A stretch of DNA of 64,000 nucleotides from Rhina ancylostomus. Taxonomy: Eukaryota. Position numbers and translations under genes: made by a program. The DNA is taken from NCBI GenBank assembly GCA_030265395.1, contig JARFYF010000112.1, positions 82,831,629 through 82,895,628 of the forward strand. Direction: 5' to 3'. The notes below the pieces were generated by a model. The model ran no database searches. It saw only the letters and a program-made list of their open reading frames with translations, and had not been told where the DNA came from. This document shows, in pieces, positions 14,470-27,200 of this stretch (the first letter of the stretch is position 1; each line of letters opens with the position of its first letter).

Positions 14470-15160
14470 GATCGAATGGACAGTCAGAGACTTTTTCCCA
14501 GGGCGAAAATGGCTAACACAAGGGGGCATCATTTTAAGGTGATTGGAGGAAGGTATAAGGGGGATGTAAGTTTTTTTAAACAGAGAGTGGTGGGTGCGTG
14601 GAACGCACTGCCGGCAAATGTTGTGGGGCAGATACATTAGGGANNNNNNNNNNNNNNNNNNNNNNNNNNNNNNNNNNNNNNNNNNNNNNNNNNNNNNNNN
14701 NNNNNNNNNNNNNNNNNNNNNNNNNNNNNNNNNNNNNNNNNNNNNNNNNNNNNNNNNNNNNNNNNNNNNNNNNNTTCTAAACTGCCCATCTTTGGGACGG
14801 AGTATTGTGTCCAGTTTTTCGCTACATCTTGGATTCTTGTGTTTTCTGCCCATGAGAACAACTTCACGGAGTTTGCTGACTAGACTTCATAATGTTAAAT
14901 ACCTCTGGATTTCTCCTCATGAGGTTGAGAGGAATCTGGAGGAATAACTTTTTACATGGTGAGTAATGAGGACCAGGAATGCACTATGGAGGAAGTAGTG
15001 CCAGCAGATTCAATCATGGCAATCAAAAGGGAACTGGACATGCCCTTGAAAGATATTTGTAGGGTTGAGGAAGAGGATGGGTGAGTGAGTCTAGCTGAAT
15101 TATTTTTATACTGAGCTGGCATGGGCTGAATGGGTGTCCTTCTGAATTAAACCTTTCTGT
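14470..15160 (+). mobile_element. Two CR1 3' fragments (14470-14643 and ~14945-15160) separated by a gap and other sequence
   Basis: ttttttaaacagagagtggtgggtgcgtggaacgcactgcc and related CR1 C-terminal/3'UTR motifs. Confidence 0.75.
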
Positions 15161-16329
15161 GATTTGAATTGATTATTAATTATTGAAATAACGTCCAATT
15201 CTATTCTTTACTTTTTGTCATCACCCCTTCCATTCCCACCCACCATAGAACCATCCTAGCATTTTTTTAATTTCATTCTTTCATTGGTTTTTGCCCCCTG
15301 CTTCCAGTTATCTGTACGTAATGTAAATAACAGTGACTACAACACCAAGGAATTTGGCAACCCAGTAGCCTCAGGAGTGATTTATTTGCTTCTGCATTAA
15401 CCAACCACCCTTATTTTCTGCTGGTCTAACCAGCTCTCAGTCCACTTCAGAAGCCCACCAATCCCATTCCTTCCTGGCTCTTGGTCGCAGTGACATGATT
15501 TCAGATGCTTTGCCGAAATCTGTCTGTTGCAAGTATCAGTTATTTCCTCAGAAATAAATATGCATATAAATATTGTTGCACAGTGGGTGTGGAAGGGGCA
15601 GTGGAAAAAAGGAAGAAAATATGGTAAATTTGTTAATCAAGTCTTTTCTCCCATTAATCCATGTTGATTTCCTTTAATACGCATTTGAAATTTTTTAAAC
15701 TTTTATTTCCATAATCGACAGTAATTTTAAAAGTTTTTAAATTCTCTTAATGTCTGACCCAGCTTTGTCTCTTGCCCACAGCAGTCCACACTTTCTGAGA
15801 TATAGGGCCTTGGCTGTATGCTGCTTGAGGCCTACTTGCCATCCGAACCTTGCCATTCAATTTTAAGGTGTGGAATGTCAGCTTGATTGGCTTTCTGCTT
15901 CTGGGCTGTTTGATTGTGGTGAGCCTGCTCCAGCACAATATGGCTCACTTTGTTATTTAGTTTTCATTCTTTGGGTATTTTCGATTCTATTAGTTTCCCA
16001 AAGGAGATGCTAAGGATATAACTTTACTTTGCCAAGTACCATTTTACAAAGTACATCTTGGCAAGTATTTTTGTTTGACTTGGCTTGTTTGTGAGGTGCT
16101 GCTTTAGTCCTTCCGGAAATTGTCTTTCTGTAATCCACCTAAAAAAAATTGAGATCTCTGCTCAGTGTTAAAGTCTTTCTGAATATGTTTCTGTGAATCA
16201 CCCTGAGACATTTCACTACATTAAAGTTCAGTTATGCCTGATATTGTATTAATGGACTGTCCTCAGTGACAGCACCTTGGAAAGCAAGTTTCAATATTTT
16301 GAAGGGGAGAAAACTCTTGTTTTTGGATG

Positions 16330-16496
16330 TTAGACTTCAATCCTCCACCATCAGATTTCTGAACAGTCCACGAACACAGGAACACTACTTCATTCTTCCT
16401 CTTTTGCACTATTTATTTAGTTTTGTAACTTAATGTAATTTTTATGTCTTGCACTGTACTGCTGCCACAACATATGTCAGTAATAATAAACCTGAT
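16330..16496 (+). mobile_element. Rex1/Babar-like LINE 3' end
   Basis: ccatcagatttctgaac...ttgcactatttattt...gcactgtactgctgcc...aataaacctgat, a Rex/Babar-type 3'UTR. Recognised from memory of the family. Confidence 0.55.
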
Positions 16497-16649
16497 NNNN
16501 NNNNNNNNNNNNNNNNNNNNNNNNNNNNNNNNNNNNNNNNNNNNNNNNNNNNNNNNNNNNNNNNNNNNNNNNNNNNNNNNNNNNNNNNNNNNNNNNNNNN
16601 NNNNNNNNNNNNNNAGAAGTGCGTTGGTAATCATTGAAGACCTATGAAA

Positions 16650-17075
16650 GGCTATGTGATAATTATTGGATCATGCAATGATGAAGTAAGTTCTGTATTA
16701 AACTGCAAAGCTATAGAAGATGGGAAGGAATATGCGGTATTTTAGGAGGCTAATATACTGGTCAGGAGTCAGATTGGTACATATTGTTCTCTTTTGTGAA
16801 AGGCTTTGGAAAATATAAGGATTAAGCAGAGTCGGTATGGATTTATGAAAGGAAAATTATGACTAATTTACTGGAGTTCAAGGATGTGACCAGTAGAATT
16901 GACAAGGGAGAACCAGTGGATGTGATCAATTTGTATTTTAAGTAGGCTTTCAATAAGGTCCCACAAAGGAGTTGGGGGTAATATACTGACGTGGATTAAT
17001 AATTTGTTATCAGACCAAACAGACTGGGAAGAAACAGATCTTCCTCAGCTGGCAGACACTATGGTCCCCAACCCA
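16650..17075 (+). mobile_element. Old CR1 LINE RT fragment
   Basis: cagagtcggtatggatttatgaaagg...gtggatgtgatc...gctttcaataaggtccc corresponds to the QHGF...VDV..LDF.KAFDKV region. Confidence 0.75.
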
Positions 17076-17749
17076 AGGAACTGCTTTCTTGACTAATCCA
17101 TGTATTAAAAATGGTGAATGCTCCCTTCATTGCTTTACTGTATGTGCATACTATCAATGTATCCACTATGCAGATGGAAATGGATCTGCCAGTTTGCATA
17201 CTAGAGTTGTTTTGTTTGAGGCTTTACACGTGGTAGGAGCAGGGGAATTAATGGATACAGTCCGCAAGACTATAGGATTTTTAAAAAATGGACATCTTAA
17301 GATTGGGTGTGGTTCATTTTGGTCCAAGATGGGGAGAACTGGTTTTCCTCTTCTTAAACTTAATTGTACATTTCTTCCTTTTCCAAATCATGCACACAGG
17401 GTAAAACCATCCGACATTTCCGACATTAGCACAGGATAAACGTTCTTTAACTTGAGACTCCTGGTCCAATCCTGCTTCTAGAATTGGGGTATTTTAATTC
17501 AACAGTATGATTACAGAATGGCATTGGTTTCAGGATAGTGCTTTCTGTTCATCTGTAGTTAAGTCTTGGTTCCACAAAAACGCCAGTGTAAGTTTTATTT
17601 TGAGTCTTGGAAGTTTTTCTCTACCACAGTAGATGACATATTTTAAAATGGGTGCAGTGACTAAACATTGTTTGAAGTGTTGTTCAAGTTCAAGGTTGTC
17701 ATCAGACTTTCACATGCTGCCAGCTTTGAATCTGATGGATTCTTATGCT

Positions 17750-18462
17750 AGTCATAGTTATACAGTATGGAAATAGACACTTGAGCCCAACTCATCTGTG
17801 CTGAGCAAGGTGTCTTCCTGAGCTTGTCCCATATGCTTGTGTTTGGACCACATCCCACTAAACATGTCCTGCTTATATGTTGCATCCAAATAGGCTGCTC
17901 TTAATTTCTGCCCAGGATTTCAGTGTTGGCATTATAAACTAATGTGTCTGTAAATGCTGGAAGGCCACTGTAGGACATTTTATGGTCTAGGATGTGGTAG
18001 CAATAGGGAGAGTGCAGAAGAGATTCACCAGGATGTTGCCTAGAATGGAGGGCTAGATGTACAGAAGAATAGATTAGAAAGGCTGGATTATTCTCACTGG
18101 AACACTGAGGGGGTGACCTTATAAAATTGAGGGGCACAGATAGGATAGATGGTCTTTTTTGCCCCAGGGCAGGAAGTTTAACTAGATGGCGCAGGTTTAC
18201 AGTGATGGAGGAGAAATTTAAGGGAGATCGGTGGGGGGGGGCAAGTTTTTCCACACAGCTGTTTATCTGGAATGAATTACTCGTGGACGTGGTGGAGGCA
18301 GATACACTTACAAAATTTAAAAGGCATTTGAATAGGTACTTAGATAAGAATGACAGAGAGCATTATGGGTCTAATGCAGACAAATGGAATTAGTGTATAT
18401 AGGCATCACAATCGGCATGGGAGAGGTGTGCCAAGACAGCCTGTTTTGGTGCCGTACAATTC
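17750..18462. mobile_element. CR1 3' tail on - (17750-17890) next to a CR1 3' fragment on + (17985-18462)
   Basis: ORF 18127 contains WNELLVDVVEADTLTKFKRHLNRYLD (CR1 ORF2 end). The opposite-strand tail begins gtcatagttatacagtatggaaatag. Confidence 0.8.
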
Positions 18463-18637
18463 TGAGAATTTTTAGGCTTTGACAGTATTATTTTGTTGGT
18501 TTGACAAGAATACCTGTTGATTAAATTCATCAGGGTGTTTCTACAAACCATTCTGTTCATTTGCATCAGTATCTTTTCAGTAAATAAATGCATATGCACG
18601 CAAAGTGTTATGTTAAACTAAATTTGGGTAGTCTTGA

Positions 18638-18770
18638 AAGCAAAATGCTGCAGATGCTGGGAAATGAATAAAGACCAAAAATCCTGGAAATTCATTAGAT
18701 CAAGCAGCTACTGAGAGAAGAAATCAGACTTAACTTTAAAATGTTAATTACCTTCATCAATGGTCCCTAC
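18638..18770 (-). mobile_element. Penelope-like terminal repeat relic
   Basis: aaagcaaaatgctgcagatgctggg...gagagaagaaatcagacttaac...ttcatca, same family as 28092-28318 and 30250-30562. Confidence 0.55.
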
Positions 18771-18869
18771 AGAGAGCAAACCTTTGGTAATGATAAATCT
18801 ATTTATTTATACAGTAGTATTTAGCACTATTTAGCCAGTATACACCATTTAAGGGTTTCCTTCCATCCC

Positions 18870-21010
18870 TTAAGCCACAGAGTGGTTGGTACTGCTCTGT
18901 ACACTTCACATGGAGGTGTATCGGGATGAAAGTCATATCCATTGTGCCTCTAAGTTAACAAAATCCATGTTGCAGTTTGACGTGCAGCTCTTTGACCACT
19001 GGGGTGAGAAGATTGAGCTGGGAACTGATGATGACTTGTGGCAAACAGCAGGGAGAGCCCAATGTAGTTATTGTAGTTGGATTCATCTCCTTGAAGATAG
19101 CCAAAATTAGGCGATCTGAGTTCCCCCGATATCCTCCTCTACTCAGATGTGTGGGATAAGATTGAAATACCTCACAGGCAAGCATTAGAACTTCTGCAGG
19201 GATTCCAACTATTCCCAAGGCTATTTTTTTTTCTGGTGATGTAGACCCTTCTGACAACTCGTCAATCAGGAATGGTAGAAAATCTGGAAAAGATAGTTTG
19301 CTATGGAATGAGACAAGGACCCTCATCAAGGATAAGTCATGATTGAGGAGCTCTTTGAAGTGTTTCTTTCAATGGATGCTGACAGGCTCTGTCTAATTCC
19401 ATTCTTGGCTGTCAATCTTGACAGTCCTGAAGAATCTGCACATGTCATGATTGTAATTGAATTGCTGGACCTCCTGCTCTCTTTCCACCCACCATCTGTT
19501 CTATAAGTTCTATAAGATGTTCTGTTGGACCTTTCCCTTCAGATGCCTATGGAGATGTTCATTTTCCCTTGGGATGTGTTGGAGCTTTTAATTCTGAAAT
19601 GCTTTGCAGTCACAGTTAATAACATCCTGGATCTTCTGCCCATTCTCATCAAATAAATTCTGGTTCTGAGTATTTTCCTGAGTCCTAATTATGGTGCACT
19701 TGCCAACAGACATTATCAGATATTGTGGCTCGTATTGGCTGGGAGTCGTCATGTTAGTCTGTGAGGTTGTACATGTGTACTGTACATACTCTTTCTCGAC
19801 CTTCCTGAAATCTTTGGCTCAATTGGTTGAAGCATCCATCTCAAATTTGGTTGCCATAAGAAATTCCTAATCTTGAGATTGTGTCATGATGGCATGCAGG
19901 CCTTGATTCTAACCAATGAGATCCAAACACGCTGCATCATCATCCCAACACCTTTTCTGATTTTTCTTTCTATATTGCTGTACTTCAACTCCAGCAAGGT
20001 TTCCACTGGCATACAATCAACCTGCAGGACTAGTGGGAAATTATTCAATCTACATTACATCTACTCCTGAACTAAGTCTCTCCCAACCTCAGTAGTTGAG
20101 CTGCGGACTACGTTTGATCAAGCACGTGTCTGTCGGCTGACCTCCCAAGTTGTCATCACTGAATCATATGCAAGGATAGGCTTTACACTTCTGCAAAACA
20201 AAGGTCCTAGCACAGCCTGTCATCACTGTACAACTCCACCGTCTAACAATACAGTTCCATGATGAGACCCTGGAAAACATGCACCACTTCCCATTTCTTG
20301 GAGGCCGTCTCTCAGTGAAGGCAGACATCAGTGGTGAAATTTGCCTTCAGCTTCAGTATGCCATTTCAGCCTTTGGCCACCTTAGGAAAGGAATGTTTGA
20401 GGATCAGATCCCAAACCCAGCACAACCATGGTCAACTAGGCATCAGAGATTCCTTCACTAGTAGCTTCAGAGTCTTGAGCTACTTAAAGCAGGAACCTCA
20501 AAGCACTGGGGAGTTGCAGCAACTGCTGCCACTGCCATATCCTCCAAACTACTGGCAGACCAAGCAAGTCAACATCCAGACCAATATACGCAACATATAT
20601 TACACTAAGTTCCACTGGACAGGCCATGTTGTTTATGTTCTTGACACCAGACTAACTAAGCAGGTACTCTATTCTGACCTTTGTATGAGATTGCCAGTTG
20701 GACGATGGAAATGATTCAAGAATGTCTCAAAAACTGCTTGGGAGAAATGTAACATCCTCACAGACTCCTGGGAGTTCCTAGCCTGGAACTGCTCAAAGTT
20801 AAGAAGGAGCATTCATTATGGCACTGAATATCTTGAGTCCATCCAGTGGGCTTGCTTTGGCTCAGCATAAGTGGTGAAAAGGGCAAACTACTGACATGCA
20901 CAATTCTGCCCAACCCATTGGCAAAATCTGCAGGTCCCGCGCTAACTTCATCCATTGAACTGGAGTGGAAGCAAGTTATCTTTGAACCCAAGGAACTACC
21001 TATGTAAAAA
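18870..21010. mobile_element. RTE-clade LINE with inverted 5' segment (18870-~19775 on -, ~19780-21010 on +)
   Basis: Minus part reads ...LQHGFC*LRGTMDMTFIPIHLHVKCTEQYQPL. Plus part continues LYILFLDL...KFGC...RTSGKLFNL...HFPFLG and ends in an RTE-type 3' end (ggagtggaagcaagttatctttg). Confidence 0.8.
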
Positions 21011-22009
21011 GATTGTTCCTTAGCTTTATTTTGTTTTACTTTAGTTCCCACTAATCAGTCTGTGTAACAGCAGTGTGATATGCCTGTTGCAAGTTCGGCA
21101 AAAGTTGTCATTTAAATGTAGCCAACACCACGCCAAATGTTTGATAAATCTGTTGTAGTAGCAAAGATGTTATGGTGCTGGTTTTGTTTGGTGAATTACC
21201 TGTAGATTATTATAGGACAAAAATCCTCTTGTGAAGTTCCCAAGCCTTTGCATATGGAAGGAGCCAAAGGAAATGGATATGATCTCCAAGACTTGAGACG
21301 AGTAGGTCCCCAACATTATAGAGGTCTAATTTTGGTGTGAGTGTTGTGATTTAAAGAATGGAAGGACTTTGCAACATGCACGTTCTTTTTTTCATACCAT
21401 ATGAGCGAATGAATGGTTGAGAAAGTTGCTGAATTAGGAAAGTGCAAAAACAAAAGTTGTCTCTGACTGCTGTTGAGTGATGTATCAAAGTATAAAACAA
21501 AATAAAATCAGCTATTTGTGAAATAAGACAGTTTGGTTTGGAATTGTTAGCTTGTGACTGAAGTGAAACAAATTTCATCATTGGAAACTGAATTGCATCA
21601 GGCTTGCATCTATAAATGTAGACCCATTCAGTTATTTACTCATTCTGTACTCTTATTTCCTGCTTTTAAAACATTGATAAACATTCTTAAATTCAGTAGT
21701 AATTACTGTGAAATTATTCCTTCCAGCTACAGCATTGTACAATGACTTTATGCTGAAATCACAGTAGTCCTAGTCCTCTGTAATTTTCTTGGTACCTTAA
21801 TGATCCTTAGTATTGTTTCATTTTGCTGTGTTTAAATGTTTACACAGGATGATTATTGTAATCTGAGTTCATTAGACATGAACGTGATTGAGGGATTTGT
21901 CATTTCTGAACCTAATCCAAACTTTTGGATTAAATTTCAGCTTCACTGTTCATTTCCAGCCATTCATGAGTAAACATTTATATTGTACTTTTCATGCCTG
22001 CAGAATTCT

Positions 22010-22320
22010 TTTGGGCACTTCAGTCAGTGAATTACTCTTAGTGGAGGCACTGTTGTTTGAACAAAATGGCAGCGATTGTATGCTCAAGTCCTACAGATAA
22101 CATTGATAAATGAGCAGTTAATCTGTTATTTGGTGTAGATATAGGGATAAATATTGGCAACAAGAGCATTCTTCCTCATGTGCAAATGCTATTGTCTGAA
22201 CCTGGGTCTCACTTTGATCTTTCAAAAACTAGTTACCATGCCAATCATTCACTCAGACTTACAGTGTTGAATTGGCCAGATTTTGCTCAAGATGGATTTT
22301 GAGAGAAATTGATTGGTACT
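22010..22320 (-). mobile_element. DeuSINE/SacSINE1-like SINE relic
   Basis: agggataaatattggcaac and ttaatctgttatttggtg match the reverse complement of the Deu-domain SINE copies at 42950 and 51330. Confidence 0.55.
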
Positions 22321-22659
22321 CCAATATAGTGATAAAGGTATAGAAAAGGGCATCACATTTCATTGTGTGCAACTGGATATCATACAGGGAATGAATAAAT
22401 AATGAGGGGAATACAATGCTGGGATTGCTATCTTCAAGTAAAGTATTTGAGGTAGGTATCTACATATTTGAATTCTTGCCTGCTTTTGTGTTTCAGTAAC
22501 AAGCTTGTCATTTTTATTAGTGTGTCCTTACAAAAAATCCATAGTATATTTTCAATAATTTGTTATAAAATGGGGATCCTCCAACCGAGCAATGTTTATT
22601 GGAGGTGTTCACCATATTAGCAGTTGATGTGCTTTCTTGAATCCTTTCAAACCTTTTAA

Positions 22660-22797
<138 letters not shown>

Positions 22798-25700
22798 CAA
22801 TGACTTGCATGACCAGTCACTTGATCTTTCAGCGGACCTCTTCCCCGGGGACCCTTCCCCTTCCTGGTCTAGCTATCTCTATTACTGTACCATTTTATGA
22901 TGATAGTTTCCGTTGCCATAGTGACATGCAGCTGTTTTGTTGATGTCAATTTGGCAACGGGTGGTAACGCCTCATAATTATGAATCATAGTATTTTTGTC
23001 CAGAACACTTTTTTAAAAAAAATTCCAATGAAATTGTCACATTTTGCTTTTTGCATTCCCAAAATTTCTTAAATCTGTGGATGAATGGAAGGAGAGTTGA
23101 GATGATATGGCCAGTCTGTCTGAGTTCTAAATTACAAGAACAGGACTTTTCAGGTTATATCTTTGTTCTTGGGCTACATTTCTTCATTGAGCAGATAAAA
23201 CTCCTTAGTTTTCTTTGAGGTTGATTCAGATGCTCTAAATGAGTTTAAGAAAATCATTATAGCATTGCTGCTTTTGATTTGCATCAAATTCCTTATACTA
23301 ATCATTTTAGTATAAGACATTTTTAAAAAGCTGTTCCTCTTTTCGGTTTAAAATGCAGCCTTCAAATGGCAGTTAGGAAACGTATTGGATAGGTAGTGCT
23401 AATTGAGTGTGAGAGTATCAGCTGCTTGTGCTCAGCTTTGCACATTGGTTCTATTAGTCAACAAAACCAAATGTGTATGCTGAATACAACTGGAAGCCAG
23501 TACTCTTGTGTTTAATGCCAGTGACCAGATTAATTTCTCCTTAGCTATATGAGAAAGGGCTAATTTGAATTGCTTAAATATCATATCATATACTTGTGTA
23601 TGTGTAGAGTGCTCATGATAAAAATGTTCCTCAAAACTATCCATGGTTCAATATCTGTTGGGTATAATTGCCAGATAGAGAGTAATCAGAAGATGCTTCA
23701 TATCCACCTACTTTTGAATATAGATATTCCTCAGTTTTATTTTCCCTTGTGGGGAAAGTTAGCTATTTTTAATATATCATGGGACTGGTGCAGAATTATC
23801 TATTAATTTTTTCCTTAAAAAAGGAACTCTGAATTGAAATTTACTATAATTTGATTTATGGTTTAAAAAGTGTGATTATCCATTGCTAGCATAACATTGT
23901 GAAGGCATTTTTGTAATTTGGGTCTCCATTCTCTTGCTTTTCCCCCCCCCCCCTTCAGGAATAAGGGGAAGATACCATGTGGTTAATGTTTTTATTGAAT
24001 AAATTTACCACCACCAGAGACCATCTATTATGCATTAGGTACTCCCTTTGGAGTAACTCCATTTTTTTTTCTGTTTTGAATTACTGATTATGGTATCTTG
24101 TTTTGGAGTTTTTTTTACTCACAAACAAATATACCCAATACATGCATCTAAAATATCACAAAACTTCTTAATATATATCAGCCTTTGTTCATTTTGGTTT
24201 GGCAGTGTAGTAAAGTGGTGAACTTTCTCCTTCAAAACATAAATTTACAGCTTGGTTTCTGACTTAAATAGCAGAGAAAACTGACTTTTGTGGATTTTCT
24301 TCTAGGAAAATATAAACATTGATTTAGCCTTTTCCAATAATTAGCCAGGCTGTGACGATTCGTTGGTTCTAGCACATGTAATCTTTGAGTAAAACAAACA
24401 TAGTTTGAGTTGAGTTTAATTGACTAACAATTTTTTGTTTTCTATTTTCAGAACTCCAATAATTGCATTAGTCAGTGTGAGCATTAGTAATTATACTGGA
24501 AAGGAGAGAATTAAGACTAAGTGACTGGGCTGTCATGGTGCTATAACTCAGGGAAGCATTAAAATGCACAGTATTTTATGCAACCTGAGGCTGCCAACAC
24601 ATTTTGTAAACAAAAGATTTTGCTCAGGCACTTATGATCAGTGTTAGATGTTTAAATTAACAGATTATTATGTTGTTGCAAATTTTCTGATTAAGGTGAA
24701 CTTTTTGGAGAATCAGATATGACCGGATGCAAAATGAAAGCAGGAAATGTTTGTAGTACTTTCCATTTTCTGCTTTTTTATTTAGGATTTCCAGCTTTTG
24801 GATAAGCAGATATAGGTTATTTTAAATGCCTGTTCTCAAAAAATGGGCAATTTCAACAGGTTATGTGTATGAAATTTAATGACATAGTGTTACTTGCTAA
24901 GCCTTATGTTTGTCTGCTCTGCTTTTAAGAAAATAAAAATGAATTTGTATCACTTCAGGGAAAAAGGGTGCAGACAACTATCTAAATTAAGAGTTTAGAT
25001 CTGTCATAAATGGGATTATTATTGGTACCAAAGGACATGTTTCTTTCTCTTGGCCTGAAAGATTAGATTAGATTTTCATTAAAGCATGATTGAAACAAAT
25101 CAAATTGAGGACCACAACTGTAGGAATTCTTCATAACTCTTTAAAATTTTAGCCTTCGATATGACTATCTTTTTTAAGATCCTTATTATACTCCAGAATT
25201 ATATATTTGAGCCTTAAAGTCAAATATGACTTTTTTTGAAAAGTTTTTAAGATTTGGCTTTATCATTGAAGATCAACTAAGCTTCAAAGACCCTATTGTA
25301 AAAACTTTCTACATCTGATTTCACATTTGATAGCAGATGAAGTAAACCATGAATTCTGCTTTTGAAAATCCCAGTGGCAGTTTAAATAAAGTTTTTCAGA
25401 CATTAAATGGTAGGACTTTCAGACAGTGAAAGAACTTTTGTCGTTATGCTGCAAAAGAGAGTTCAGTGTGTTAAGTTGCAGTTTTAGTTGACTCCTTCCA
25501 TTAGTCACAATGAAAGAATTTTAAGGGTTGTGCATCCACAGTAACTCCAAAAGCAATTGTTTAAATTTCACTTGTGTTGCCTTAATTTTGACACAAATAG
25601 CACAAAACTGAACAATCTTGTTGGCTGCCAAGTGGAACTTAGTTTACTGAATTTCTCTAAACATCATGTCTTTCATCTCGGCATGCTCATCCTTTCCCTG

Positions 25701-27200
25701 AGCTCACCACTAGTTGCGGGGAGTGGGTGAAGGAGGGGAGGGTGGGGGANNNNNNNNNNNNNNNNNNNNNNNNNNNNNNNNNNNNNNNNNNNNNNNNNNN
25801 NNNNNNNNNNNNNNNNNNNNNNNNNNNNNNNNNNNNNNNNNNNNNNNNNGGGGGGGGGGGGGGGGGCGGGGGGAGAAAAATGGTGCTATATGACTCTGAA
25901 TAGGTCACGTGACTGGTCATGCTGACTCCGAAATCATATCGGAATAATCTTGATATATGCAGATATTATACAAAACTTTATTACCAGTGAAATAATGATG
26001 AAAACAAATATATAAAATCCTGCAGCCTTGCAAGGACGAGGTCAGCAATACTTCCCTGCATGGCGTGGTGGAATGGGACATATCTCGTCGTGTGTAGCTA
26101 TAGAAGCATGACAGTATGTCCATGCTGGTCAATTTTTTCCTTTGAGAAAATGAATAAACTGAAGCATTAGATATTTAATATTTTTATGGGGCTGTTACAT
26201 TAAATGCCACCTCTTAAACATGTTCACTTTTTATATACTGTTGTGCAGTAGAGGTTACATCGTGTTGTCGTTCAGACTGAACCAAAGATGCCTCCAGCCA
26301 TGATCTAATGCTGCTGTGAATTAAGCCTGCTTTCCAGTCCTTCAAGGCTACTGCAGGAGATTTTAATAATTTGTTTTTTATTTTTGTACAATTTGTAACT
26401 GGTTTTGCTAGTAGTATTGATTCAATTAAGTTTAATTTGAAGATTCTCACTGAGCACTGTTGAACATTGATGACTGGTAACTTTGCCATGCAGTGGCTGT
26501 ATCGAAGAAGCCCACTTGTGTGCCTCTCAGACCTAAGGGTTTCTTTAATCTGTATCTTAGAGACCAGCAGGAAATCTTTATACAAAGATGTGTTTAATTA
26601 TTTTTGCCATTGTTGTTTGAACTCTTGTTTCTTAATTTTACTCTAGACCCAGTAACTACACTGGTTGTCAATCGCACTGAGAGAGCGAGAGAGTTGTTTC
26701 AAACTTTTCTAACACATGTATGACAGTTTTTGTACATTGAAGTCAATTCTTTTCAGAATTTTTGGATCTAGTTTCTAAGTTATTTTAGTGGTTTTTTTAT
26801 ATGTTAAAAATGAAATGAGTTAACACTGTCACCAGCAGACTGATTTACCTACTGATGATACAGTGATGCTGGGATAACAGCTACCTGGTGTAGCTTGTAC
26901 CCAAAAATGTTTTCATTGTTAGTAATTGTTGAATAATGGCACCACAGTACATGTGAAGAACTCCCTTTCATTATGACTAGATCCTCTTCCACATTTAAAA
27001 TTTTACAATTACTATTAGTGTTATGATTGTTGAAATGGGCATTTATAGTATGGTTGTAAGTCAGTGTGGGGGGGGGACTTTATTATAAAATGATCAGTGG
27101 GTCTGTGAGACATGGATTGTGGAACAATGTAGTAGTTTTAACACTATTGTTACATTTTAAACCATTTACCCAATAAAATATTAATAATTAATTGGTCTCA
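22798..27200 (+). other. AMMECR1: Putative long AMMECR1 3'UTR
   Basis: U-rich stretch with no recognisable TE downstream of the stop codon. Several AATAAA hexamers (e.g. ~23998, ~24932, 27172). The end is inferred from the distal signal and from where TEs resume. Confidence 0.6.
27172..27177 (+). terminator. Candidate distal poly(A) signal for AMMECR1
   Basis: AATAAA followed by GU-rich sequence (ttggtctcatgttggtg) near the end of the TE-free zone. Confidence 0.4.

Noticed and set aside
22897-22903. C-box-like ATGATGA (also ~12269 and ~16677) as a C/D snoRNA
   Set aside because: No D box (CTGA) with a terminal stem at a plausible distance.
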